In this document: positions 28,265 through 38,851 of the stretch, in pieces
Position numbering within the stretch: position 1 is the stretch's first letter
Layout of the letters: each line of letters begins with the position of its first letter
Assembly (NCBI GenBank): GCA_937929915.1
Contig: CALFUN010000037.1
Location: forward strand, 20,676 to 84,675
Direction of reading: 5' to 3'
Length of the DNA stretch: 64,000 bases
Origin: an uncultured Caulobacterales bacterium
GTDB taxonomy: Bacteria; Pseudomonadota; Alphaproteobacteria; Caulobacterales; Maricaulaceae
Notes under the pieces: generated by a model
The model's database searches: none
What the model saw: only the letters and a program-made list of their open reading frames with translations
Told to the model about the DNA's origin: nothing
Made by a program: the position numbers and the translations under genes

Positions 28265-31200
28265 AACATTTGATCGCTTGGTTTGTTAAAAACCCCGTTG
28301 CCGCAAATCTTATAATGCTCATCATGCTCTGTGCGGGCATTTTGGGTTATAAAGGCTTGGAGCGTGAATTTATCCCGCAAACCACATTTAACGGCATTAC
28401 AATTTCTATGGCGTGGCCAGGGGCTAGCCCGCGCGATGTAGCGGAACAGCTTTTGACGCGCGCCGAAGAGGCTGTCGATGGTCTTGACGGTATTGATTAC
28501 ATCGAATCTACAGCGAGTGAAGGCAGCGGAACAATCAATGTCATCACGAAAGTCAATGTAGATTATGATAAAATTTTAGACGAAGTTAAATCTCGCATTG
28601 ATGGTATCCAAAATTTACCGCCAGATTCGTTTCGACCACAAATTACGCGTCAAGAGTTGCGGCCCGATATTATGTATCTGGCGCTTTATGGGGATGTTGA
28701 TCGTTTAACCTTGCAACGCGCGGCCAACGATTTGCGCTTTGAAATTACGAAACTGCCCGGATTGCAGCTCACGAATCAAATTTCAAAACAGCCAGAGCAA
28801 GTGACCATTGAAGTCTCTGAAGATAATCTACGCCGTTACGGACTAACATTTAATGAGGTCTCGCGCGCGATTGCGGGAACCTCTGTTAATTTATCAGCAG
28901 GTAGCGTTGAAACGGCGGGCGGTAATTTACAATTACGCGCCCGAAATTTGGCGAATAGCAAAGCAGATTTTGAAAAAATTATTATCCGCCAATCCGCAAA
29001 TGGCGGCGTTGTACGCGTCTCAGACATTGCCACAGTTATTGATGGTTTTGATGATGCAAAATTTAACGCAACCTATAAAGGCCAACCCTCCGCCGTTTTC
29101 CAAGTCCTAAGTACGGATGAAATGAATATCTCGAAATCGGGCAAGGCTATTCGGAAATTCGAAAAAGACATTAACGACAAACTTCCGCCTGATTTGAAAT
29201 TTGACATCTGGTTTGACGGATCGACAATGTTTGATAGCCGTATGTCGTTAATTGGCAGCAATGCGTTATCGGGCATGGTGCTTGTGTTGATTACCCTGAT
29301 GCTATTTTTACGGCCGAAAGTCGCTTTTTGGGTAACGATTGGTATTGGCGCAGCATTTGCGGGCTCGCTGGCGATTGCGGGCGCGATCGGTATTTCATTG
29401 AATATGATTTCGCTTTTTGCCTTTTTACTGGTGATCGGGATCGTTGTTGATGATGCGATTGTGGTCGGAGAAAGTGTTTATTTTCACACAGAAAATGGAG
29501 TCTTAGGCGAAAAAGCGGCCATTGCGGGTGCCAATATGGTGGTTAAACCTGTATTTTTTGCGGTCATCACGACAATTATGATGTTCATTCCGTTCTTGTT
29601 ACTGTCAGGATCATTTGGGGCGCTTTTTGGCCAAATTAGCTTGGTAGTCATTGCTGTTCTGACGTTCTCTTTAATTGAAGCTTTCTTTATTCTGCCAGCC
29701 CATTTGCGTCACCTTAAACCGATTGATGAAAATAAAACCAATAGATTGATGCGATTTCAAAGAGGCTTGGCGGATGGTCTTGTGCGCTTTGCGAAAACAG
29801 TGTTTAGGCCATTTGTCGCGAAGGTTATTAAGTTTCGCTATATCACGCTCGCGACCTTTATTGGTTTAATGATTATGGCCATATCATTGCTTCAAGCTGG
29901 TATTGCCCCGCGTTCATTCTTTCCCGAAGTGGAAGGTGATATGATTCAAGTGACGATACGGTTTCCTGAAGGCACAACATATGAGCGCCGAGAACAAGCC
30001 CGCGCCCAATTAGATACTGGTATCGCTACGTTAAATGCCAATGCTTCTGCGGATTTCGGCATTGCATCTGATGTGGATTTAATTTCTAATCCCGGCACCG
30101 CAACAGATGCCCGTCAGGTGCAAGGGTTCTTGGGTTTAACCCTCGTGGAAAATAGAAATAATGCGTCAACAAAAGCGATTACCGAAAAGCTTGAGCAATA
30201 TGTTGGCCCCGTTCCTGATGCTTTTCGCGTCACATATGGCTTCACGCAAGGGGGCGGTGAGAATAGCGGGAGATTATTTTACGGCGTAAGTTCAGCCGAT
30301 GAAATCGCGCTTCGGGCCGCTGTGTTGGAGCTAAAAGAAGAAATAGAAACATATAATGGCGTGACGAATGCTTGGGATAGCCTTGAAAGCTCGGCCCGTG
30401 AAATTCGCTTTAATATGAAACCTGGCGCGGAAACACTTGGCATTACATTAAGCGATGTCACGACACAGGTGCGCCAAGCCTTTTTTGGACTTGAAGTTCA
30501 GCGCTTACCGCGAAATGGCGAAGATGTGCGTGTCATGGTACGCTACCCAACACAAGACCGCGAGAGTATCGACTCGCTTGAAACTTTACGTATTCGCGGA
30601 GCTAATGGCGTAGAAGTGCCGCTCTTTTCTGTAGCAGATGTTGAATTTGCTCCGGGTGTGGGCCGCATACAGCGCCGCGACAGAAAGCAGGTAAATTATA
30701 CAGGTGCGCGCGTCAGAGGCACGCCGCAAGCTTTGGCAGAAGTGAGAAAAGATTTAGATGAAAATTTCTTTCCGCAATGGGAATTACGGCACCCTGCTGT
30801 ATCGCGTTTGAGCGTGGGGGATGATGAGGCGGAAACTACGTTTATCAGTGAAATTTTACTATCCTTATTTGTGATTGTATTCATGATGTATGTCTTGCTG
30901 GCGGTTGCTTTTAAATCCTATGCACTGCCTTTATTAATTATGGTGGCCATTCCTTTTGCCTTTATTGGTATGATATTTGGGAATTTAGTCACAGGCGTAC
31001 CGTTCGGGATTTTCAGTATCTTTGGATTCTTCGCCGCATCGGGTGTTGCTGTTAATGATAATCTAGTTTTGATAGATTATGTGAACCGATTACGCGATAA
31101 AGGTGTTGGAGCCTATCAAGCCATGCTGGATGCGTGTGTTGCACGTTTCCGCCCCATTTTGCTAACATCTGTGACAACATTTGTTGGGATTATGCCTATC

Positions 31201-31503
31201 TTGTTTGAAACTTCGGCTCAGGCGGAATTTCTTAAGCCCATGGTTGTCGCGCTGGCATTTGGTGTGTTATTTGACTTCTTCCTGACGCTTATTCTTGTAC
31301 CAGCGCTTTACGGGATTGGCGTGGATATTACGCGTATCTTCCGCACGATTATATCAGGCGGCGTAAGGCAGCCAAAACTCGGCAGCTCATATGATCCTGA
31401 AATGGCTTTGGCGCTAGAGGGTATGGAGGCGGAAGACATTATTGGAGAGGTGCAGGCGGATGGCTGGAGCGGCACCACAGTTACGCAGCAGCCTGCAGAA
31501 TAA
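28261..31503 (+). CDS. RND efflux permease (AcrB/AcrD/AcrF family)
   Basis: GIVVDDAIVVGE and RFRPILLTSVTT motifs; 1080 aa; GTGA overlap with the adaptor gene. Confidence 0.93.
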   Translation: MKHLIAWFVKNPVAANLIMLIMLCAGILGYKGLEREFIPQTTFNGITISMAWPGASPRDVAEQLLTRAEEAVDGLDGIDYIESTASEGSGTINVITKVNVDYDKILDEVKSRIDGIQNLPPDSFRPQITRQELRPDIMYLALYGDVDRLTLQRAANDLRFEITKLPGLQLTNQISKQPEQVTIEVSEDNLRRYGLTFNEVSRAIAGTSVNLSAGSVETAGGNLQLRARNLANSKADFEKIIIRQSANGGVVRVSDIATVIDGFDDAKFNATYKGQPSAVFQVLSTDEMNISKSGKAIRKFEKDINDKLPPDLKFDIWFDGSTMFDSRMSLIGSNALSGMVLVLITLMLFLRPKVAFWVTIGIGAAFAGSLAIAGAIGISLNMISLFAFLLVIGIVVDDAIVVGESVYFHTENGVLGEKAAIAGANMVVKPVFFAVITTIMMFIPFLLLSGSFGALFGQISLVVIAVLTFSLIEAFFILPAHLRHLKPIDENKTNRLMRFQRGLADGLVRFAKTVFRPFVAKVIKFRYITLATFIGLMIMAISLLQAGIAPRSFFPEVEGDMIQVTIRFPEGTTYERREQARAQLDTGIATLNANASADFGIASDVDLISNPGTATDARQVQGFLGLTLVENRNNASTKAITEKLEQYVGPVPDAFRVTYGFTQGGGENSGRLFYGVSSADEIALRAAVLELKEEIETYNGVTNAWDSLESSAREIRFNMKPGAETLGITLSDVTTQVRQAFFGLEVQRLPRNGEDVRVMVRYPTQDRESIDSLETLRIRGANGVEVPLFSVADVEFAPGVGRIQRRDRKQVNYTGARVRGTPQALAEVRKDLDENFFPQWELRHPAVSRLSVGDDEAETTFISEILLSLFVIVFMMYVLLAVAFKSYALPLLIMVAIPFAFIGMIFGNLVTGVPFGIFSIFGFFAASGVAVNDNLVLIDYVNRLRDKGVGAYQAMLDACVARFRPILLTSVTTFVGIMPILFETSAQAEFLKPMVVALAFGVLFDFFLTLILVPALYGIGVDITRIFRTIISGGVRQPKLGSSYDPEMALALEGMEAEDIIGEVQADGWSGTTVTQQPAE

Positions 31504-31570
31504 ATTCTGTCAACATTAAAAATAAACTGTATAAAGAGTAAAATTCAAAAAAAATCAAATGGAGAATAAA

Positions 31571-33661
31571 ATGGGTTTGAAACATTTATTGGGGGCAAGT
31601 GTTCTTGCGATTGGACTAAGTTTAAGCGCATGTGGCGGCGGTGAAGGTGCCGTGAATGACGCAAGAAGCGCGGCAAGCACAGTTAAGGCGGCTGTCAGCG
31701 TGAAGCCGACATTAGGCTCATTCGGGGTTGAACTGGCCAATATTGATGAGAGCGTCAAGCCAGGTGATAATTTCTTTAAATACGTCAATGGGACATGGAT
31801 TAAAAATACAGAAATCCCAGAAGACCGTTCACGTTATGGCGGTTTTGGCATTTTGCGAGATTTATCCGAAGATCGCGTCAAAGAAATCATTGAAGAGACG
31901 GCTGCGAAAAATGCCCCTAATGGCACGGATGAGCAAAAAATTGGGGATTTCTATGCTTCGTTTATGGATACAGACGCCATTGAAGCGGCGGGCATGGACG
32001 TTATCAAAGAGGATTTGGCACATATTCGCAGCGTAACCTCTCATGATGACGTTGCCGTGCGTATGTCTGATCCAGCCCTTGGTATCCGCTCACCAGTCGC
32101 GCCTTTTGTAGCGATTGATGCAAAAGATATTGAAAATTACATTGTATATTTAACTCAAGCTGGGTTGGGTATGCCAAATCGGAGTTATTATCTGGATGAA
32201 GGCGAAAAGCCTGATGAGCAGCGCGCCGCTTATGTCACATTCATGACCGCTATGCTGGACGCTGCGGGTGTTGATAATGCCGCAGAGCGCGCGAGTGCTG
32301 TTATGGCCTTTGAAACAAAAATCGCAAATGTGCATTGGACGCCAACGCAGCGCCGTGACCGCGACAAAACATATAATAAGAAAACTCTAAGTGAGATTAA
32401 ATCAATGGCTGGTGGTTTCCCTTGGGAGACTATGTTGAAAACATCTGGGCTTGAAGGGCAGACAACATTTATTGTCCGCGAAACAGATGCCATTGAAGGC
32501 ACAGCAAAAATCTTTGCTGAGGCAGATGTGGATGTTCTTAAAGACTATATGACGATTAGCTATGTTAGCGGTAAATCGGCTTACTTGCCTAAAGCCGTTG
32601 ATGAGGCCAGTTTTGAGTTTTACGGGAAAACTTTACGCGGTACGCCTGTACAGCGTGAACGCTGGAAACGCGCTGTTGGCCAGATTGATGGTACAATGGG
32701 CGAAGTTGTCGGAAAAGTTTACGTGAAAGAGTATTTCCCTGAAAGCTCTAAGGCACAAATGCTTGACCTTATCGAAAACCTACGCTCTGCGTTTAAAGAG
32801 GGTATCGATAATCTCGAATGGATGGGCGATGAAACAAAAGAGCAAGCACAATATAAGCTCGCAAAGTTTAATCCGAAAATTGGTTATCCTGATGTCTGGA
32901 CAGATTATTCTGATCTAAAAGTTGATAAAAATGACTTAATCGGGACGGTAAAATCTGCTTCAGTTTGGGGTTGGAAAGATAATATCAGCAAACTTGGCGG
33001 GCCGATTGACCGCGATGAGTGGGGTATGAATCCACAAACTGTCAATGCTTATTATAACCCAAGCTTGAACGAAATTGTTTTCCCTGCGGCTATCTTACAA
33101 GCGCCATTTTTTGACCCCGCAGCTGATGCGGCTGTGAATTATGGCGGGATTGGCGCTGTGATTGGTCATGAAATGGGTCATGGTTTTGACGATCAAGGCC
33201 GTAAAACGGATGGCGATGGTGAGCAGCGCGATTGGTGGACGCCCGCTGATGGGGATGCGTTTAAAACCCGTGCTGATGCGCTTGTCGCACAATATGACGC
33301 ATTTGAGCCTTTGGAAGGTGTGAAAGTTAATGGCCGATTGACATTGGGCGAAAATATTGGCGATCTGACAGGGATCACAATGGCGTATAACGCTTATAAA
33401 AACTCCCTTAACGGCAAAGAAGCGCCTATCATTGATGGCCTAACGGGCGATCAGCGTTTCTTCTTATCTTATGCACAAATCTGGCAAGTTAAGAGCCGCG
33501 ACGAAGCTCTGCGCAACCAAGTGAAAACGGATCCGCATAGCCCTGGTGAATATCGCGCCAATGGTATCGTGCGCAACTTTGATCCATGGTATGAAGCGTT
33601 TAATGTGCAGCCAGGTGATGCGCTATATTTAGCTCCAGAAAAACGGGTCAAAATCTGGTAA
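31571..33661 (+). CDS. M13 (neprilysin/PepO) zinc metallopeptidase, lipoprotein
   Basis: VNAYY, GHEMGHGFDDQG, GENIGD and DPHSP motifs; lipobox LSAC. Confidence 0.94.
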   Translation: MGLKHLLGASVLAIGLSLSACGGGEGAVNDARSAASTVKAAVSVKPTLGSFGVELANIDESVKPGDNFFKYVNGTWIKNTEIPEDRSRYGGFGILRDLSEDRVKEIIEETAAKNAPNGTDEQKIGDFYASFMDTDAIEAAGMDVIKEDLAHIRSVTSHDDVAVRMSDPALGIRSPVAPFVAIDAKDIENYIVYLTQAGLGMPNRSYYLDEGEKPDEQRAAYVTFMTAMLDAAGVDNAAERASAVMAFETKIANVHWTPTQRRDRDKTYNKKTLSEIKSMAGGFPWETMLKTSGLEGQTTFIVRETDAIEGTAKIFAEADVDVLKDYMTISYVSGKSAYLPKAVDEASFEFYGKTLRGTPVQRERWKRAVGQIDGTMGEVVGKVYVKEYFPESSKAQMLDLIENLRSAFKEGIDNLEWMGDETKEQAQYKLAKFNPKIGYPDVWTDYSDLKVDKNDLIGTVKSASVWGWKDNISKLGGPIDRDEWGMNPQTVNAYYNPSLNEIVFPAAILQAPFFDPAADAAVNYGGIGAVIGHEMGHGFDDQGRKTDGDGEQRDWWTPADGDAFKTRADALVAQYDAFEPLEGVKVNGRLTLGENIGDLTGITMAYNAYKNSLNGKEAPIIDGLTGDQRFFLSYAQIWQVKSRDEALRNQVKTDPHSPGEYRANGIVRNFDPWYEAFNVQPGDALYLAPEKRVKIW

Positions 33662-33684
33662 ATACAGCAGATGATATATGACAG

Positions 33685-33711
33685 AAAGCCCCGCTCAATG
33701 CGGGGTTTTTT
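33685..33711 (+). terminator. Intrinsic terminator
   Basis: AAAGCCCCGC-TCAAT-GCGGGGTTT followed by TTT. Confidence 0.8.
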
Positions 33712-33734
33712 ATGATGTGATATGACTTAAAACC

Positions 33735-34484
33735 CTAAGAGTTTAACTTAGCGGAGGTTGGGTTCACCGCCCTTTGCGGTTTTTGTTTCGGCGTAAGCGC
33801 TTCTTTGAATATCGTGAATAAGATATAATAGCCTGCCAAAATAACGCCTTTAACCGTGCCAGATATTTTCGATGTACCAATGCGTTTTCGGTAACGTACA
33901 ACTGTTTCCCCGCAGCGCAATTTTTGCTTAAGGGCGCGGGCTTGCATTTCAACTGTCCAGCCAAAAGTGGGCGCGTGCATATTTAATTGTTCTAGGCTCT
34001 CACGACGAATAGCGCGAAAGGGGCCAAGATCCGTAAATTTGCTTCTCCAAAATATCTTCATTAAAAAGCACGCCAGTGAGTTTCCAAACATTTGCTGCGG
34101 GGTGAGGGAGCCTTTCTCAATCGTTTTATTTATGCGCGAGCCAATCATCATATCTTTTTCGCCGGCAATAATAGGTGCGAGCATCTCCGTCATGTCTTCG
34201 GGATAATCAGAGGCATCTCCGTCAAGAAATACAAGAATATCGCACGCGCCAGCGGCCTGAATGCCCGCAAGACAGGCGCGGCCATATCCCGCGTCTTTCA
34301 CATAAACAATCTTTGCGCCAAGCGCTTGAGCGGCCTTGGCGGTTCCGTCTGTCGAGCCATTATCCGCGACAATAATCTGCGCGATATAATCAGGAATTTC
34401 ATTGATGACTTTGGGAATGGCTTTGACTTCGTTTCGCGCAGGAATCACAACTTTAATAACGGGATTGGCTATGGGATTAAGCAT
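33735..34484 (-). CDS. Glycosyltransferase family 2 (polyprenol-phosphate sugar synthase-like)
   Basis: VIPARNE, DNGSTD, FLDGD, DLGPFRAI and GWTVEMQ motifs. Confidence 0.88.
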   Translation of the reverse strand: MLNPIANPVIKVVIPARNEVKAIPKVINEIPDYIAQIIVADNGSTDGTAKAAQALGAKIVYVKDAGYGRACLAGIQAAGACDILVFLDGDASDYPEDMTEMLAPIIAGEKDMMIGSRINKTIEKGSLTPQQMFGNSLACFLMKIFWRSKFTDLGPFRAIRRESLEQLNMHAPTFGWTVEMQARALKQKLRCGETVVRYRKRIGTSKISGTVKGVILAGYYILFTIFKEALTPKQKPQRAVNPTSAKLNS

Positions 34485-35964
34485 GATGATCTCCCTTCTC
34501 TAGGCGAAGATGCTGTAATTGCCCGAGGCAATATTCACCGAGTAATATGGCCATAGGTACGCCAAATTGTAGCGGAACAAGCCATGATTGGTAAATCTCA
34601 TAGCGGCCTTGCTCGCCCAGCGCAAAACGAACGTAATAAAGCGGTACAAGCACGCATAGCATGGCGACGCCATAATAAGGTATGAACGGTATAAACATAA
34701 TCACCCAAATTACATACCACGGATAGCCCGTTGGGGATAAGAACAAGAGCGTGAGCGTAACGACCATCATCGCGCGCGGTATTATGTTTATATCCCTATT
34801 TTGCAGCTGGCTTGCGTGAGGTTTTAATAAATGGCCAAACCCAAACCAAAGGCTCATCCCAGTTAAAATTGCCGCTATAGCAAGGCGTAGAAAACGGCTC
34901 GGGTCAGATATGATACCTTGTAGTAAATTCGAGATAGCCGGGAACAGAAAGCTGCTTCTTTGCCAGTTTTGAGAATAAGCTGATAGACCGCTGCTTGGCC
35001 GTAATTCAGAAATCATGGGCCAGAATAAGACCAAGGATAATAGTGCAACACAGAGAGCGGCGCTTACATATATGCGCGGCCGCCTGACCCAATCCCGATA
35101 TAAAATTGGGGCAAGGATAAGCGGCCAGACCTTCACAGCCGCCGCGCCAGCCAGCGCGATAGCTGCCAGATAAGGTCTGCGTTTAATCAAGATAAGTGTT
35201 GCAATCATAAATGGCGGCAAAACCACATCCATATGGGCAACATTAAACGCCGAATAAATCAAAAGCGGATTGAACGCGTATAGCAAGACCCAAAGCGAGG
35301 CGCGCCCGTAAAGTGTTAGGGCTTTGACTAATAAAAACATCGTCACCGCTTCGAGACTTAAAAAGACAAGCCGTAATCCATTAATATCAAAAGGCTTGAT
35401 CATGGCCGCTAGCGCAAAAGCGGCTTGTGCGCTGGGCGGATAAATTGTTGTAAGGTCAGGATTATTGATGCGTTGTAAAAGACTGTAACCCTCATCTGAG
35501 AGCTTTAATAATCTTTCTCCGTCATCGGCTGTTATGATTTTTTGCCCGTCTATGTCTCTATTATCTGCAAGTTGGTCGAGAACTTCCGTTGGGCTATATT
35601 TATAAGGGCTGACGCGCTGGGTGATGCTCACGCCGTCCCATAAATAACGGTTCCAATCATCTTCATAAATTGGGATAGAGCCAAAATACATAGCGCGAAA
35701 CCCAAGGCTTAACCCAATTAAGCCCCACATCCATATACGCCAAGACCTATCTTGATTGATGACATTGGGCTGCGTCCAGCGTTTTAAGCCAAATATTAAG
35801 CCAAGCCAGATGAAATTGGCGAGCATTAAGGTCGCTGTAAAAGCGATATAAGGATGGTCAGCCGTGGTTGTGCCCAGCGGGAAGCTAAAAGAGAGATGCC
35901 GAATAAAAAAGAGAGCCGCCCCGATAAGGACAGCTCCGATAAGACATATGAATTGAGGCTTCAT
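34477..35964 (-). CDS. Multi-pass GT-C type (GT87/DUF2029-like) membrane glycosyltransferase
   Basis: EDDWNRYLWDG, TIYPP, NP and H.D motifs, K..P, PWY; overlaps the GT2 start. Confidence 0.7.
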   Translation of the reverse strand: MKPQFICLIGAVLIGAALFFIRHLSFSFPLGTTTADHPYIAFTATLMLANFIWLGLIFGLKRWTQPNVINQDRSWRIWMWGLIGLSLGFRAMYFGSIPIYEDDWNRYLWDGVSITQRVSPYKYSPTEVLDQLADNRDIDGQKIITADDGERLLKLSDEGYSLLQRINNPDLTTIYPPSAQAAFALAAMIKPFDINGLRLVFLSLEAVTMFLLVKALTLYGRASLWVLLYAFNPLLIYSAFNVAHMDVVLPPFMIATLILIKRRPYLAAIALAGAAAVKVWPLILAPILYRDWVRRPRIYVSAALCVALLSLVLFWPMISELRPSSGLSAYSQNWQRSSFLFPAISNLLQGIISDPSRFLRLAIAAILTGMSLWFGFGHLLKPHASQLQNRDINIIPRAMMVVTLTLLFLSPTGYPWYVIWVIMFIPFIPYYGVAMLCVLVPLYYVRFALGEQGRYEIYQSWLVPLQFGVPMAILLGEYCLGQLQHLRLEKGDHHA

Positions 35965-36003
35965 ATTTTAAATATTGAAATCCTACTGTCTTTTGAAACC
36001 GCT

Positions 36004-36735
36004 TTAAGTTCCTGGAAGACTACCGCTTGTTAGCAAGCAAGTTCCGTTGGGCTGCGCGGTCGTCCCAGCTGGGCAATTTAGCGGTAGGGCCGGCGCAGCA
36101 GCGTTTGTACCAGATGTACCAGAGCCGTGAGACTGTTGTGACGGCACTTTTGCGCCATTATGGCTTGAACCATAAGCTTTATCTTTGGCGTCTATGACGG
36201 TGTTGGTGCCAGATCCATAAGCTTTGTCTTTAACTGCGCCCTCTGTGCCAGAGCCGTGAGTTGCACCTTTGACCTTTTCAGTCCCAGAGCCATAAGCTTT
36301 GTCTTTGACTTTATCCGCACCTTTTGTGCCAGACCCGTAAGCCTTATCCTTGACTTTTTTTGCGCCTTCTGTGCCAGAGCCGTGGGCGGCGTCTTTAGTT
36401 TTTTTCTTGGCAGTTTCAGTGCCAGAGCCATAAGCTTTATCTGCCGCATCTTTCGTTTTATCTTGCGCAGCTTCTTTTGTTCCAGAACCATATTGCGCTT
36501 CTTGTCGGGCAATTTTTTTCTCTAATTCTTCTCTTTTGCTCCAAGCCTCTTGTTGCTTTTTTAAGGCGCGTTTATTAGCGCTTTGCGGTGCTGGCGCTGC
36601 GGCGCGAGGTTGAGAGGCTGGGGCTGCACTACGATTGCCGCCATTGCCGCTGCCATATTGGGCAAGAGCTGGAGTTGCGCTTAAAAGCACAGCTGACGCG
36701 GATAAGATGAGAGCTGATTTAAGATTTAACATCAT
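36004..36735 (-). CDS. Secreted low-complexity protein with ten (Y/H)GS(G/S) repeats and a C-terminal Cys pair
   Basis: Signal peptide ending PALA-Q; repeats such as KDKAYGSGT; C-terminal CPAGTTAQPNGTC. Confidence 0.8.
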   Translation of the reverse strand: MMLNLKSALILSASAVLLSATPALAQYGSGNGGNRSAAPASQPRAAAPAPQSANKRALKKQQEAWSKREELEKKIARQEAQYGSGTKEAAQDKTKDAADKAYGSGTETAKKKTKDAAHGSGTEGAKKVKDKAYGSGTKGADKVKDKAYGSGTEKVKGATHGSGTEGAVKDKAYGSGTNTVIDAKDKAYGSSHNGAKVPSQQSHGSGTSGTNAAAPALPLNCPAGTTAQPNGTCLLTSGSLPGT

Positions 36736-36905
36736 GTTTTAGTCCGTAATAGTAGAAAGAGATTGCGATTATACGTGGCCTGACCATATCAAAGAATTCC
36801 CATGCCGTATGTTAATTTTCGTCAAAATAACTGCACAATTTTGTGATATGATGGGTGTTATAGGGTAAAATATAGCGAGTAATTCATGCAATGAATGCGC
36901 GTGCC

Positions 36906-38036
36906 TTACTGTTTTGAGGTGGTTAGAATAGCCTCTAACATGGCTTTGGCTCGCTTTGTACGGCTGTGTTCACAGGCCGCAATCTGCGAATAGCGCCGTC
37001 TTAATTTTCCGGGCATATCTTTAAGCGGGCCTTGTCCCCAACGTTCTGCAGTACCGTAGAGCGCGCTTATTGCTCCAGCCGCGCCTTTGACCGGGATAAA
37101 GCCTGCCGTAACAGGATGGCCATGGGTGGCGTAATGACGTTTATAACCCTCTAACCCCGCGCCCATATCTATGCGCTTATAACCCAAATCCGCCGCAGCA
37201 TCTATAAGGCCTTCAAGGAGCTGTATGCCGGGGGCGTAATTTTGAAATTGATGATCATAGGCCACAATCCAGCTATGGAATACAATGCCGTCAGATAGGC
37301 CTAAATCTACTGCAGCGAGGTGATCGCCAAAATAAAGTGCGTGCATATCACAGCGTAAACCGTCTTCGCTCGCTTGTTCCCACAACCCGCGGATTAAGGC
37401 CATGGCCCAATCGGCAGAGAGGACATTATATTTGCCTGTATCGCTGAATTTTTTAATCTTCCACCTTATCAGTTGCTCAAATGTGTCTTGATTATCGGAT
37501 TGGAATACAAAGCGCCGCGGGCCTATATCCTTTTCGGCTTTGCGAATGCGCCGCCGCGTAGACTTCATATGCCGCCGGTAACTATCGTCACGGCTCTCGC
37601 GCCAATCTTGGGCGCTGGTACCTATATTGAGCGCGGCTGTATCTTGGTAATCAAGTCTGTATTTTTCAGGGATATTGCCGCTCGAAATGACGGCGCTAAA
37701 ATGATAGGCATCAATGCCCGTGCCCGCTAATATATCTATAAGGTCAAGCTGTGTATCTACGGCCTGAATAATGCCATGAAAATCACTAAAGGGCGCGCCA
37801 GCAGGCCGGGTGGTTTTTCGGCCTTGTACGCTTAAAAAACCAATATTTTTTCCATCTTCATAGGCACACACCACACGCAAATCAGAGACAAGTTCATTTA
37901 AGCGGCGAATGTAACTCGGGTGAAAATATGGGCTGATTAAGGCCGAGTTTTCAGCGCGCATAGCCTCCCATGCCGTCCAGTCTTGCGCTGTTAGCGCATT
38001 GACGGTTTTGATGATATTTTGTCGAATAGGGCTCAA
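36906..38036 (-). CDS. GNAT-family acyltransferase (CelD/BcsL-like, Acetyltransf_6)
   Basis: PYFHP, YD..F..YAPG..LL and D.GAG.E.YK motifs. Confidence 0.8.
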   Translation of the reverse strand: MSPIRQNIIKTVNALTAQDWTAWEAMRAENSALISPYFHPSYIRRLNELVSDLRVVCAYEDGKNIGFLSVQGRKTTRPAGAPFSDFHGIIQAVDTQLDLIDILAGTGIDAYHFSAVISSGNIPEKYRLDYQDTAALNIGTSAQDWRESRDDSYRRHMKSTRRRIRKAEKDIGPRRFVFQSDNQDTFEQLIRWKIKKFSDTGKYNVLSADWAMALIRGLWEQASEDGLRCDMHALYFGDHLAAVDLGLSDGIVFHSWIVAYDHQFQNYAPGIQLLEGLIDAAADLGYKRIDMGAGLEGYKRHYATHGHPVTAGFIPVKGAAGAISALYGTAERWGQGPLKDMPGKLRRRYSQIAACEHSRTKRAKAMLEAILTTSKQ

Positions 38037-38137
38037 AAATACTCCAAATTATAATAGGTTACGCTTATATGCCTATACCGTAAAGATCATGGGTTACATC
38101 CTTAACAGTAAAGGTATTGTTTAAATATTTTATTGAT

Positions 38138-38836
38138 TTATCGACAGGATTTTACAGGCCCCATATCGACGTGAAAATGATCGGCATGGGCGGTATTATA
38201 ATCAGGTGAGAGCGTTACATTAAAGACTTTACAAGCGATTTTGCGGCTACGGCGTAAAAACCGCCTTTCATCTGTCTCGCCGTTCCAGCCAGATTTAACA
38301 GTAATAATGCGTCCATTGCCAAGTTCAAACCCAGCAATATCCCAAGCATTGGCAAAGGCATGTTCACTCCACTGCCCAGAGCCATTTCCGACTTGGCGGC
38401 GGCAGGCATAAGTTCCAAAATGGATAATCGTTGTGACGGGGCTGCCAAATTCATCTATCGCGATTTGATTGATTTCGCGCATCCATAGATGGCTGGCAAT
38501 AGATAAAGGGCATTGCATATCGACTTCATCTGGCGCGAGTTTTATGCTCATGCTTTGGCTAACATGGCGAGCAATATCCCAGCCGCATGTCTTATTCGGG
38601 CGGTGCGGGTCTGCGGGACGGCTTTGCAAAGTGCTGATCTGACTTGCCATATTCATGCAGGTTTTTGACGGAGATAAGGAGAGGCGTAATAATTGCGTTT
38701 TCGTGGCCATACCTAATGGCGCATCTGGATTGAGCGCGCGCCACGGCAAATGTTGCTGCGGTACGAATTTGTTAATGCCATAGCCAATAGCTAGCAAAAG
38801 TCCGAAAAAAACGGCAAGTTTTAATAGGCGAGCCAT
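38138..38836 (-). CDS. Extensin-like C-terminal domain protein (M15-type fold)
   Basis: GTYACR, SEHAFANAWD and HADHFHVD motifs. Confidence 0.87.
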   Translation of the reverse strand: MARLLKLAVFFGLLLAIGYGINKFVPQQHLPWRALNPDAPLGMATKTQLLRLSLSPSKTCMNMASQISTLQSRPADPHRPNKTCGWDIARHVSQSMSIKLAPDEVDMQCPLSIASHLWMREINQIAIDEFGSPVTTIIHFGTYACRRQVGNGSGQWSEHAFANAWDIAGFELGNGRIITVKSGWNGETDERRFLRRSRKIACKVFNVTLSPDYNTAHADHFHVDMGPVKSCR

Positions 38837-38851
38837 AACATCTTATGGCAA

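Noticed and set aside
36192-36525. Alternative-frame ORFs and a possible CRISPR-like repeat pattern
   Set aside because: The repeats are degenerate, in-frame coding repeats without constant repeat/spacer lengths; no cas genes or CRISPR array are in the window
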